The position numbers were made by a program, and so were the translations under genes. The notes under the pieces are model-generated. The model did not search any database, was not told the DNA's origin, and saw nothing but the letters and a program-made list of their open reading frames with translations. Below are positions 1-11,500 of a DNA stretch of 64,000 nt, one piece after another; position 1 is the first letter of the stretch; each line of letters starts with the position of its first letter. Origin of the DNA: Mobula hypostoma (lineage: Eukaryota); the NCBI RefSeq assembly GCF_963921235.1, contig NC_086108.1, positions 72,976,001 through 73,040,000 on the forward strand, in the 5' to 3' direction.

Positions 1-353
1 ATAATCAGTATACTTGACATTGCACCAATTATTCAAGGTGTAGTACACAGGCTACAAGTTATCTTTTCTTTGGGGGCTACCTCCACCATGCTCTGTGATC
101 TGAGCATCCCTGCTAGATGACTGGTAAACAAATTTGAAGTAGAGGACTGGATTTGGGCTCAAATCTTTGTGGAATAGTCTAGTATTCTACTACCAAAGCT
201 GTTCAGGTGCAGTTTAGTTTGTGGTATTGATTTATCTTAATGTATTCTTTAAATGAACGACACAAAAACCTTTCATGAATTTAATTGCAACCTATTGATA
301 TATTTCTGTATATAGTTTCTCAGATGACCATCTATCTATCTTGTCTTTTACAG

Positions 354-534
354 GAAAGGAGGCAATAACAAGCTAATCAAAATATACCATCGAGATGGAA
401 AATATGGCTTCTCTGACCCGCTCACTTTTAACTCGGTGGTGGAACTCATTAACCATTACAGACACGAGTCCCTTGCCCAGTACAACCCAAAGCTAGATGT
501 GAAGTTAATGTATCCAGTCTCAAAGTTCCAGCAG
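354..534 (+). CDS. PIK3R3: PIK3R3 coding exon (C-terminal part of nSH2); upstream exons lie outside the window
   Basis: ttttacag|G...CAGCAG|gtcagt, 181 bp. Translates (R)[66 protein letters not shown] and KLMYPV match p55-gamma rather than p85-alpha. Confidence 0.96.
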
Positions 535-1034
535 GTCAGTTAAGCCTTTATATTTCTTGTGTATAATATTAGAATCTCTTGATGCGGTACCTTGCTAATC
601 TAACACTAGAATATATCAATGAAGTATGGTATTGGAGCATTTAGAAATTTAAAAAATTGACAATGTTAGCAGCTGTTCATGGAATCATCATTTTTCTGAA
701 TTTTTATATGTTGATTATTAAGGGGAATCTGAGATTTAGTGTATTCGAATTTTCAAAAGACATTTGCTAATATGCTGCATGCCTATGTATATTTTATCTC
801 GAATGTGACAAACCATCCTGAGGATCTGATGAAAAATAATATAGGCATAAATCAGTTGTTTTCAGAACAAGTTTTGAATCATTGTGACATTGCAGCTAAT
901 TTATGCAATCTCTCCAATTTCTATCAATAACTTAGGTGGTTCAAGTTAATGTAGCTAGGTATACTGACAGTACAAAGCCAGGTAGAAATAATGAGGATGT
1001 GAAGTGGCTGGAAAAAAAAAGGGACTTGGGAGAG

Positions 1035-1352
1035 GCTCTCCATTCGGGGTCGATTATGAATGTTGCATCCCAGCTGTCAACATGATCAGCAAGCTAGGGC
1101 AATACAATATGAAGAGCAAGCTATTGCCCATCTAGCAGGTTCCTCCTCTCCATGTAGCTGATGAATCCAAAGTAACAACAGAGATCGGAACAGTTTGGCA
1201 CCAGTGGCATTGCAGGAGTTGCCAGTCAACATTGAACGCGATATAGGAACTGCAGCTCCGGATTTTTCCTCGGGTTTACTCCCTAAGCCTTATGAGTGGG
1301 TGTAGCCGCAAGGCATCAGTAGTTTGAGATCAGAGTTTTCCTTCTCCTAGTT
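1035..1352 (-). mobile_element. Interspersed repeat resembling the 5' UTR of RTE-clade LINEs (non-autonomous)
   Basis: Minus strand reads CTAGGAGAAGGAAAACTCTGATCTCAAAC...GCCTTGCGGCTACACCCA...GGGAGTAAACCCGAGGAAAAATCCGGAGCTG, which I recall as RTE-type 5' sequence. GC-richer than the flanking intron. Confidence 0.5.
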
Positions 1353-2365
1353 GAGCCCTCAGTTGTATCTGAGATGGGACTTGAAGGTTAAGTGAATATG
1401 AAAGTAAATACCAGATGGAACTTAATGAGACATAGGAAGTTTTCCATATTTTTCTCAAACGATGAGAGACTAGGAAGTTGGTAGCCTGAACGTTTAAGGA
1501 CACAAACCGTGGAGTCAACATGTAAGTACAGCAAGTAAAAAGAAAGATCATGTTTTGGCCTCATCACAAAATGATAAAGTGTACAAGTGCAGAGAAGTCA
1601 TCTTGATATTAAATGGGACACTGCCCATTTTCTATGTATATTGTTAGACTCAGTGCCAAGCAAGGATATTCTGGGAGGGAATATAGTGGATCAAGGTGAC
1701 AGGGTCACATTTAAAGGGTAAGTCTTTCAGCACTGCGATTCAGGAAAAAAAATGCTTCATTCAAAGGATTCTGAATCTTGAAAATACTTTACCTGTGAAT
1801 GATATGGAGACAATAATTTGGATACAAAGAGCCACTGGATATGAAAATACTATTAGCATTATCTTACTGAATGGTGAAAGACTCACGAGGCCAGTGGACA
1901 GGCTGAATAACGTACTGCTGTTGCAGTTTCTCATGGGAGTTACTCAATCCTAACAGAGGTTACTGTAACAAGGCAGTCTGCCGTTTAAAAGGCTGTCCAT
2001 TAAAAATGCATGCAGTCAAAGTAATGTAATGACAGATCAATCTGTCATACCAAACATTTAATCATAAGTGAATCTGATGCATCAGGTGCTTCACGAGTTT
2101 GCCTTGTTTTTTAGGCTGATTATTTGATGCAGAATTCAGTGCAAGCTCTGCTGCCCTGGAATTCAACTTTTATTTGGCTCTGTACAAAGGGTTTTTCTCT
2201 GCACATTAAAATATTGTGTTTATTATAGTCAGTATCTGGTGAGAAGAAAATTATGGGGAAAAGGTTTTTGGAAATGTAATTTATTTTATGTGTAATTATT
2301 AGCCCTGTATTCGTAGTGAAGCAACTCTGGTTATTCTATGATCTGCTGTTCACTTTATTAAACAG

Positions 2366-2491
2366 GATCAGGTGGTGAAAGAAGATAATATTGATGCTGT
2401 TGGCAAAAAACTGCAGGAATATCATAACCAATATCAGGATAAGAGTAAAGAATATGACCGGCTTTATGAAGAATACACAAGGACATCACAG
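2366..2491 (+). CDS. PIK3R3: PIK3R3 coding exon (start of iSH2 coiled coil)
   Basis: aaacag|GAT...TCACAG|gtgtgt, 126 bp, phase 0/0. [42 protein letters not shown]. Confidence 0.96.
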
Positions 2492-2575
2492 GTGTGTGAA
2501 CCAATGCTAGGTCATGTAATAATATTTGTATTACAGAGCACATGTTACTTTTTACTTTTCATGTACTTACTTTAG

Positions 2576-2830
2576 ATATTACCTAGGGTTACCCATAGCC
2601 CTCTATTTTTCTAAGCTCCAGGATTGTCTTAAAAGACCCTTTTTTATCTGCCTCCACCACAGTCACCGGTAGCCCATTCCACGCACCCACCAATCTCTGG
2701 GTAAAAAAACTTACCCCTGACATCCCCTCTGTACCTACTTTCAAGCACCTTAAAACTGTGCCCTCTCATGTTCGCCATTTCAGCCCTGGGAGAAAGCGTC
2801 TGACTATCCGCAGGATCAATGAACTTCATC
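2576..2830 (-). mobile_element. CR1 LINE 3' fragment
   Basis: ORF 2644..2856 contains RGHSFKV...YRGDVRGKFF, the CR1 ORF2 C-terminal signature. Confidence 0.8.
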
Positions 2831-3089
2831 TTGTGACTGTTACTTGGTGAAGCCATTGTACTGTCGCAAGTGTAGTACTGTGATATAGCATCATAGGTTG
2901 AATTTCACAGCACTGGAACAAAATTCTTCTTTGTTAAATACATCACTTTTTAAGCTCTGGTTTACCGACTGGAAGCACAGATCCATGGCTGATAAACTGC
3001 ATTGTATAGACTACATGAGCTGCTTGGCACCAGAGCTCTGAGACTGCTATCTCAACATGGACATTTAGCTTACTGCTGGAGAAACTCCA

Positions 3090-3240
3090 GTTAACATTTC
3101 AGGCTGTGACCCTTCATCAGTCCTGACGAAGAGTCTTAGTCCGAAACACTGACTGTTTATTCCTCTCCAGAGATGCTGCCTTGATCTGCTGAATTCTTCC
3201 AGCTTACTCTGGATTTACGACATCTGCAGAATCTCTCCTG
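3090..3240. repeat. Penelope-like element terminal repeat, inverted junction with hammerhead-like cores
   Basis: ...tttcaggctgtgacccttcatcag tc ctgacgaagagtcttagtccgaaa...gatgctgcc...ctgctgaattcttccagc; CTGANGA...GAAA on both strands. Confidence 0.7.
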
Positions 3241-3330
3241 TTTATTAATAGCAATTAATGGACAAAACTATTGAATTGTTTATAATTTGTTAATTGGTCA
3301 CTTAAAGGTAAAACTGAACTGACTCTTTAA

Positions 3331-3519
<189 letters not shown>

Positions 3520-4407
3520 TAGCCCAGTGAATCTATCACAGTATTCTGTTAATAGGGACCTTCATTTAAAAGTTGCAACACAACACATGTATCTTTAGTT
3601 TATGCCCTGCACCTGACTCCTTCCACTTTACCGTATGCTTGGAAGCATAAGTTGACTTCCTCTTGTCATGTCCTTGTCTTGGCAAGATCTACTGTTGCTG
3701 TAAATCTGAAATAAAACAAAAAAAAAATGGAGAAAACTCTCCAAAATGGGTAAGTAATTTTTTCAGGTCAATGACCTTTCATCAGGAGCTGGTGCATTTT
3801 TTCTGGTTTTATTCCCCTTAGATCTGTTTTTAAATAATTCCCCACTAAGCATTTTTTTCCGGAGTAACTACTCCGCTAATTTGATATCATCAGCAAACTT
3901 TGATATGTTCAGAATTTGAATATCACTTCACAATGAAAATCTTCTCCATAATGCACGTGTGCTAAAAGACTAGGAAGTGTAGAAACAGGAGTAGGTCATA
4001 CAGCTTATTCAAGTTAATGGATAATCAATTATACCTCAAACTGTGCCCCAAAAATCCTGACAACTCAATGAGTGAAATACTTTCTTGCTGTCTTCTGTCA
4101 ATCCTTTCTATCTCAAAAATTATCTAAATATCCACTATGTTTGAAGGCATGAGGTAACTGGGATAATTTCATTTTCGTAAAGTACACTCTGATTATACCT
4201 AGCTTAAGTGAGTAGTAAATTCACTACCTGTAGCAAGTTAGAAAATACACTAAAGATAAGCATCTATGAATCTGGGAAGGAGAAATAGAATTAAGTAAAA
4301 TATACAATTGGATGGAAGGTGGGTAAGTTTAAAACCATTAGCACCATGGATCATCTCCTGGTGTGCATTTGTTACTAAACTGAAGCAAATCCTTCTTTGT
4401 GTGATAG

Positions 4408-4584
4408 GATAATGATGAATTATGAAAAACTCAAGTCTCGTCTTGGGGAGATTCATGACAGCAAGATGCGCCTTGAACAAGATCTGAAGAAACAAGCATC
4501 TGATAACCGGGAGATTGACAAGAAAATGAACAGCATAAAACCAGACCTTATTCAGCTGCGGAAGATCAGGGATCAGTACCTTGT
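4408..4584 (+). CDS. PIK3R3: PIK3R3 coding exon (iSH2)
   Basis: gtgatag|G...CTTGT|gtaggt, 177 bp. [58 protein letters not shown](V). Confidence 0.96.
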
Positions 4585-4702
4585 GTAGGTGGCAACACAA
4601 AATAAATGACATTGAATTTACTTGATTGAGGGGCAATACTTGGCTGGGTATCACAATAATTAACAACTCGTGATGTCTTGTGCCTCTGTTTCTATTTTGT
4701 AG

Positions 4703-4777
4703 ATGGCTCAATCACAAAGGAGTGCGCCAAAAACGAATAAATGACTGGCTTGGAATCAAAAATGAAACTACAGACGA
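4703..4777 (+). CDS. PIK3R3: PIK3R3 coding exon (end of iSH2 and linker)
   Basis: ttttgtag|A...GACGA|gtgagt, 75 bp, after a 118-bp intron. [24 protein letters not shown](D). Confidence 0.95.
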
Positions 4778-5729
4778 GTGAGTGTAATTGTTCTTGTAAA
4801 TATTTCTGAAACCTTAGGCTGAAATAGTAGTATGATATCCCTACAATTTTTAGAGGTTTTCTTTTGACATTCTCAAATTTATAAATGCTGATATAATCTT
4901 TTTGAATCTAAGTCCCATACAGTAGCTTGAAAAGATATTTCTACAGAAGTGTGAATTTTTTTTTTGGTGGTTCCCCCCCGCCCCCCCCTTTGAACTGCTA
5001 GCTGTAATTGAGAAACTTAAACTGCTTCTGTCTGAACTTCTACTCCATGTTGTGAGTAATTAAGATTCACCTTCCACAATTCCCATTTGTTGTGATAATG
5101 CAACAAGAGTAACATTACAGATATGGTGACGGAGATAGTTATTTGTAGGGCTGTCTTTCACAAAGAGGAATTTTTGATATTTTGGTGTACTTTGATTTAG
5201 TGTATTAGGGATTGGAAATTTAGGAACTAATTAATTGCTTTATTAGTAACTTTAAAAAAGGAATGGATTATCAGAATATATTTACAATGCTTCTAATTTC
5301 AGACTTGTATTATTCAAGTGTTATCTTGGCTTTTGTTAAGAGATGGCTAAATACCTTTTTTTTTTCTGTGGAGGACTTCACTGATTTTGGACTTGATATC
5401 TAATATCCAGGAGTCTTAAGATATGGTGATATTGCTTTTCATATTTACAAAGCAGAGTTTAGAGCTTGAATCTTTGTGATAACTTCTGGCAAGTACTTGT
5501 GCAATTAACTGAACTGGATGCTTTGGTTCTATAGTTGTGCATGTCAACCCGTTAATTTGAATAGGTGGGCCTATAGACGTATATTGCTCCAAGAGCAAGA
5601 ATAGATGATTTAATCTCTTTATGTTCTACATAATGGAGCAAAAACTAGATTGTTTACACTCAGTTGATCTCTTTATATGGGCTTGTTACTCAGTTGTTTA
5701 GGAAGACCTCTGTTATTTTGCATGCCATT

Positions 5730-5880
5730 ATACCATAAGACATGGGAGCAGAATTAGGCTATTCAGCCCATTGACTCTGCTCCGCCACTCCATCATGGTT
5801 GATCCTGGATCCCACGCAACCACATACACCTGCTTTCTCGCCATTTCCTTTGTTGTCCTGACTGATCAGGAAACAATATG
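5730..5880 (-). mobile_element. CR1 LINE 3' tail
   Basis: accataagacatgggagcagaattaggc...cagccc is the tail shared with many CR1 copies in the window. Confidence 0.75.
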
Positions 5881-5939
5881 CCAGTTTAATACTCTGAAAA
5901 CGCTGCAATCTTGTGCAACTAGGCTTCCTTTTTAGAAAC

Positions 5940-6147
5940 AAGAGAAAATCTCCAGATGCTGGAAATCTGAGCAACACACAAGTGCTGAAGGAACTCATTA
6001 GGCCAGGCAGTATCTATGGGAAAAAAAGTACAGTTAGCATTTTGGGCTGAAACCCTTCGGCAGGACTGATTTCAGCACAAAACGTTGACTGTGCTTTTTC
6101 CATAGACACTGCCTGGTCTGCTGAGTTCCTTTAGCATTTGTGTGTGC
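5940..6147. repeat. Penelope-derived palindromic repeat
   Basis: Arms of about 78 bp (5975-6052 and 6070-6146) are near reverse complements; same family as 3090-3240 and 19237-19345. Confidence 0.75.
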
Positions 6148-6356
6148 TGTACCTTTTTTGAAAGCCTAGTTTCCAGTCACAGCACTAAGTATTTTAAAAA
6201 CTGCAGTGATCGAAACATTTAAACTATTAATCTTTTGATGCAGTGTCATTAATGCTATAATTGAAATTAAGTTATAAAATGACAGGTTGCTCATGTCACA
6301 CATCAAGTATACTGAGGGCTTCATAAAGTAACTTGTTGTCTACAATTTCACCTTAG

Positions 6357-6527
6357 CACATATTTCATGACTGAAGAAGATGAAAACCTCCCTCACTATG
6401 ATGAGAAGACGTGGTTTGTGGGAGCCATTAATCGAACACAAGCTGAAGATTTGCTTCGAGGAAAATCAGATGGTGCCTTCCTAATCAGAGAGAGCAGTAA
6501 AAAAGGCTGCTATGCCTGTTCGGTGGT
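6357..6527 (+). CDS. PIK3R3: PIK3R3 coding exon (start of cSH2, FLIRES motif)
   Basis: caccttag|C...GTGGT|gtaagt, 171 bp. [56 protein letters not shown](V). Confidence 0.96.
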
Positions 6528-6574
6528 GTAAGTAACTTTTACATTTGTTTTTAAAAAGTATTTTTTAAAGCAAT

Positions 6575-6850
6575 AAGTATTTGCCTTCCTTACCACCAAC
6601 TCAACCTGCACATTAACCTTTAGGGAATCCTGCACAAGGATTCCCAAATCCCTTTGCACCTTGGATTTCTAAATTTTCTCTGAATTTAGAAAATAGTCTA
6701 CGCTTTTATTTCTTGTGCCAAAGTGCATGCCCATACAGTTCCATCTGCCACATTTTTGCCCATTCTCCTAATACAAGTCCTTCTGCAGCCTCCCTGCTTC
6801 CTCAACATTACCTGCCCCTCCACCTGTCTTCGTATCATCCACAAGCATGA
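6575..6850 (-). mobile_element. CR1 ORF2 (RT) fragment
   Basis: ORF 6768..6953 contains DDTKTGGGAGNVEEAGRLQKDL, the CR1 RT motif following FADD. Confidence 0.8.
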
Positions 6851-8322
6851 TGGGATATGTAGTGTCATTTGATGTGATGGAGTACACAGGACAGGATTCA
6901 ATGATGATCATATGTTTTATTTGTGATGTGTGGTAAAGACCTGACTTATGCAAGATGAGTATCTTAAAATGTTTTGGATATACCAGTTCATTTCTACTAT
7001 TCCTGTTCCATCTTGTTCTAAGAAGACACTTCCCTTTCTGTCAGAGGTTTTTCTAATTTTTCACTCAACCAATTTCCACAGCTTGGGGCCAGACCTAGGG
7101 CAAATCTTGTCCTATGGGAAGCTAGCATTTCAGAACTGGTATCAAGGGATATATTGAAGGCTCTTTGTCTACACGCTCTGGCACATGACCAGTACTCTAT
7201 GGGGCACACTGAGCAGTTCGATATGCTTCAGAAGGATGATTGTGTTGAAAAAGAATGCCTTTGTGCTGCATTCACAATAAACCTCAGTAAAAATCCAAAA
7301 TCTTGCTGCCTCAAGGAATTAAAGCAGTCTTTCTTTTGGGTGGAAGACCTTGGTGGCACTTTGACCATCTGCGCGGATAAATTTCTATTAATAGTTGCCA
7401 GTGTAACACATGGGCATAAGTTTATATGGGAGGTCTTTATTAATTCACTTACTGTCTAAAAAAAGCCACATGAAGGAGACATAGTTGTGCAAAAGAGCTG
7501 GATTTAATTTTTTTCTGAATTGCTTGCAATTACTAACGAACTTTACTAGACGTTCACAATTTAAAAAAATCACCATTGCATATACAATGACAGAAACAGA
7601 AGTGTTAGTGAGTCAATGGGAATGTTCCTACCATTTTTAAGTGTAAGTGAGATCTTTCAATTGTACTTCATGTGCAGTCAGTGTTTGTACTTGTACAACA
7701 GGAACAATTACAAACAGTTGATAGCCAGGTCTAATAAAGATGTATTAAGGACACGGTCTACTTTTTTGTATAAAAGTTAACAAAGGGATATGATAACTTT
7801 TGAAGATTTGGAAGGAAATCTTCATTTTCGCATTCAGCACAAAATGAGACTTTTTATTGGTATTTCCAAGTAACTGAAAGGAAACTGACACTAATCTTTG
7901 GACAATGAATTTGGAGCAATAGTATTTGAACCAAAGGGAATATCAGTTAAGATTCTTCTTACCATGCATTCTACCTACAGACAAAAATTGGATTTCTCAA
8001 TAAATCACTAGTGAATGGTGTATAGGGAGGATTGAAGTAATCAGAAAATAATGGTAGGATACAATAAGTATATAAGTATAAATACAAATTTTTCTGTCTT
8101 GGGTTTTTCAGCAATGATTACAGGATTCAATATGTTTAGCTATTGCATTATTTGAAATAATGAGATTTATTTGTGTTTACAGTTACGTTGCCTAAATATA
8201 CAAAATGCATTTTACCCATTTTAATGTTCCCAAGTACCATCGAATGAAAGGAATGTTACTTGAATAAAATGTGCTGTTATAGGATTTTCCTACTGATATT
8301 TTGTTTCATTTTCTCTTTATAG

Positions 8323-8521
8323 TGCTGATGGAGAAGTGAAACATTGCGTGATTTATAGCACGCCAAGGGGTTATGGATTTGCCGAACCATACAATTTGTA
8401 CAGCACGCTTAAAGACCTGGTGTTGCATTACCAACAAACTTCACTGGTCCAGCACAATGACTCTCTGAATGTGAGACTGGCTTATCCTGTCTACAGTCAG
8501 ATGCCCTCTCTGCGCAGATGA
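8323..8521 (+). CDS. PIK3R3: PIK3R3 last coding exon (cSH2 C-terminus and stop)
   Basis: ctctttatag|T...TGA at 8519-8521. [65 protein letters not shown]. The QMPSL.R ending is characteristic of p55-gamma. The seven exons total 1072 nt = 1 + 357 codons including the stop. Confidence 0.96.
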
Positions 8522-11500
8522 ATGTTCAAGAGTTGGCCGTGAAAGATTACAGAATACTGAGGGCATTGTACTTGGCTGCTTTTGCACAGTGAGTACAGAA
8601 TGTGAATCAGGACAGTGGTGTACTCAGAGTTCAGGTGACCTGGTGCTACCTAAACTCCAACTGTGACTTTGTTTTCTGCTTTTATTTCAATCAGAGAGAA
8701 ACACAAAAAAAACTGGAAATGTATCTAATATTTTTCTTTTGGTTTTTGTTTTGGTGTCATTCGTGTGGAGCTGAAACTTTAGTCCAAATAATCTGGTGCT
8801 GATGGCTCTGGGCTATTCATCTTACGAGTTTAAAATTCTCCAGCTTTCAGATGTTCTTTTTCATGGAACAGCCAGTAAGAGCTCTGATAGTCTTAACTTC
8901 AAATCTTTACAACATCTAGTGCAACTCTTACAAGAGACCCAATGTATGAAGAAGACTTATTTACGTTTTTAGTTTAGTCAACATATTCTTCTTGAACTAG
9001 ACTCGACCAGATTATCTGATTTCTTTCACTCGTTGGATGACACTGAACTTGGTGTGAAAGAAGACCAAAGGCATTCAGGAGAGCTTCTGACAAAATAAAC
9101 TCTTGGAATTTGGAAAAAAAAGTTGCACAATGGGTCGCTTTTCAAATGTACTGGAGTACAACTAAAAAAGAAATACAAATAAAGAACATTTTGTGGCTTC
9201 TGTGACTCTAGAGCTCTTCACAAAAAATATAACCAAAATGAAAAGACCAGGGCATCTTTTGATGTTGGTTTTAGCACTTAATATTCAGTCAGATGTCTGC
9301 AGCCGCACATATTTGCACCAAAATTTGTGTTTTTAAAGAATAAAAACACTAATGCGTAATGTTATTAACATAACCTTGAAATTTTGCAGTTTTATTTTGA
9401 CTAGTCATACATAACCCATAAGGTAAGCTTCAGATTTTAGTTGTAAGAAGGCAATTACTTTAAAGGTACTTAGAATTTGATTTAAGAGGGAAGTAAGCAT
9501 TGCTTGAAACAAAATACTTTTGTTTCATCGCTCAAGAATGAAAAGTGCAATTTGTAATGCTTCTGGATGGCAAAGAAAGATCATGTTGCTTAAAGGGAGT
9601 ATTGGGAAGAATGGTTATGGGGAGTACTAAATTGGTGGGTAGTTACTATTCCAATAAAAAACACAAGCTGAATTACTTTTCATATTCATGGAATCAGATT
9701 TATGTAATATGGCTGGAAATATACAACAGTAATTTTTTTGAGTTGGATGGAAGTCTTTGTAGATTATGTGAACAATTTAATTTTAAATGAAGCAAGAGAC
9801 TACTTGTTAAATCCACTGAGCATGCTCCCTAATATACCATGTTTTAAAAATATTTTAAAAAGTCGAGGAAACAAGTCCCCTTGGATGCACAGGGCATTTT
9901 GTTTAGGTATGTGCAATTCAAATTAAAAAAACATTTTACAGTTCTTTTTCCAAAAGAATAAAATGATGGCAGCTAATTTTCTGCAATAATTGTCTCTTTC
10001 TTGAATCTAATATTTGCTTCAAATTCATTTTAGGAGCTGGATCAGTCATTTCATAATATATTTAAAAGTATTTTTGACCTTTTCCTGTCTCCTGCCAAAA
10101 CTTTGAGACCTAGCACAGTTAATTTCCTTCAGTAATAATTTGCTCCTCCAAATTTTTCCCCTCTGTTGCACTCCCCTCTATTACTCCATTTATGCACCAA
10201 CAAAAATTCTGAAAATGCTATGTTCCTTTTTTGTTATGAATAAAAGCAATGGGCTCACTCTGAGAAACGTAATTCTTTTGAAAATTACCTCCAGCATTTA
10301 GAGAGAGCCAAGGTAAGTTTTCTGTATTTCTGGTTCCTTTCCCAAATAATTTAAGAATTTACAAAACCTATTAAATGGTTGGGATTTCTTTTTCTAGCCA
10401 TCCAGATGCGGTTGATTTTAAGTATGTAGCGGTTTTTGATGTTGTTGCAGACAACTGATGCACTATGTATCAAGTTATTTTAACAGTGAAGTTGGCAGAA
10501 GTAGGGGCAGCTTAAAGTATTGAGGGCAACTAGAACTAAATAAAACATTGAAGTTTTATTTTGTAAGGATCCCTGCATTGCTGCAAGTAATGGCAAAAGT
10601 AGAATTAGCATATTATTACTTCACTGTGCACAAGCTGGTACTTAGCCGGCATATATGAACGGTGTGGCTGTTAAGGGTTGCCCATTTACTTAAAAAAAAA
10701 TCTTTTCTTGGTACTTAAGCAATCTTATTTCTGTTACTGAATGTTTTTATTTGTACTGGTAAAGAAAGCTGGACCCTGGAACATAGTCGAACATTGTTTC
10801 TTGGATTCATGGGAGGGGGTGGGGATGGCATTAGTGGTAGTAGGTGATTATTATTAAGTACTTCTAAAAGGTATTAAACGGCAGATGAGAAGCACTTAGA
10901 CTGGAGTGTTCTTGCTAATATTTAGATAATGTTTTTTAGTGGGTATATTGCATTTTACCCTTTTCTGAGAAAGCGTTTAAACACCAAGTCTGGGTAATTT
11001 GGTCACATTTTTAGGAAATGTTTTTAATATCGAAACTTCGCAAATTGAGTCCTTTTGGAAAGTTGCAGGAATATTGATTGGTTGTATTGATGTTATAGAT
11101 GCCAATACACATTTTTAGTTATCCCCTGCCATGCCTAGTTGTCTTGCAGATATGTGCAGTTTTAATTATTATAAACATGAATAGGAGTGATATACAGTCC
11201 ACACCGAATCTGCCAGTGAAGTGTTGTGCTCTGAGGTGTGGATCAGCCACGGCTGGTATTCTCCAGCTGGATTAATATAGGTCTTTAATTTGGAATATTT
11301 TCTCAGTTGTAGAGAATTCCTGATAGATGATTTGGAAGAAGAAAAGGAAATTAATATGGAGAACAATCTTGCATCTCATTAACTGCGATTGGTGTTTTTT
11401 GATGCTGACATTATTCTTCCATCTGTCCAACTCTTGCAGCCAATAAAGACAATGACCGAAAATGAAGAAAGGAAGAGATTTTTCAAAGTGCAGTTGTGAG

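Noticed and set aside
4250..4711. 153-aa minus-strand ORF
   Set aside because: Antisense shadow of a PIK3R3 exon plus intron; no recognisable protein features.
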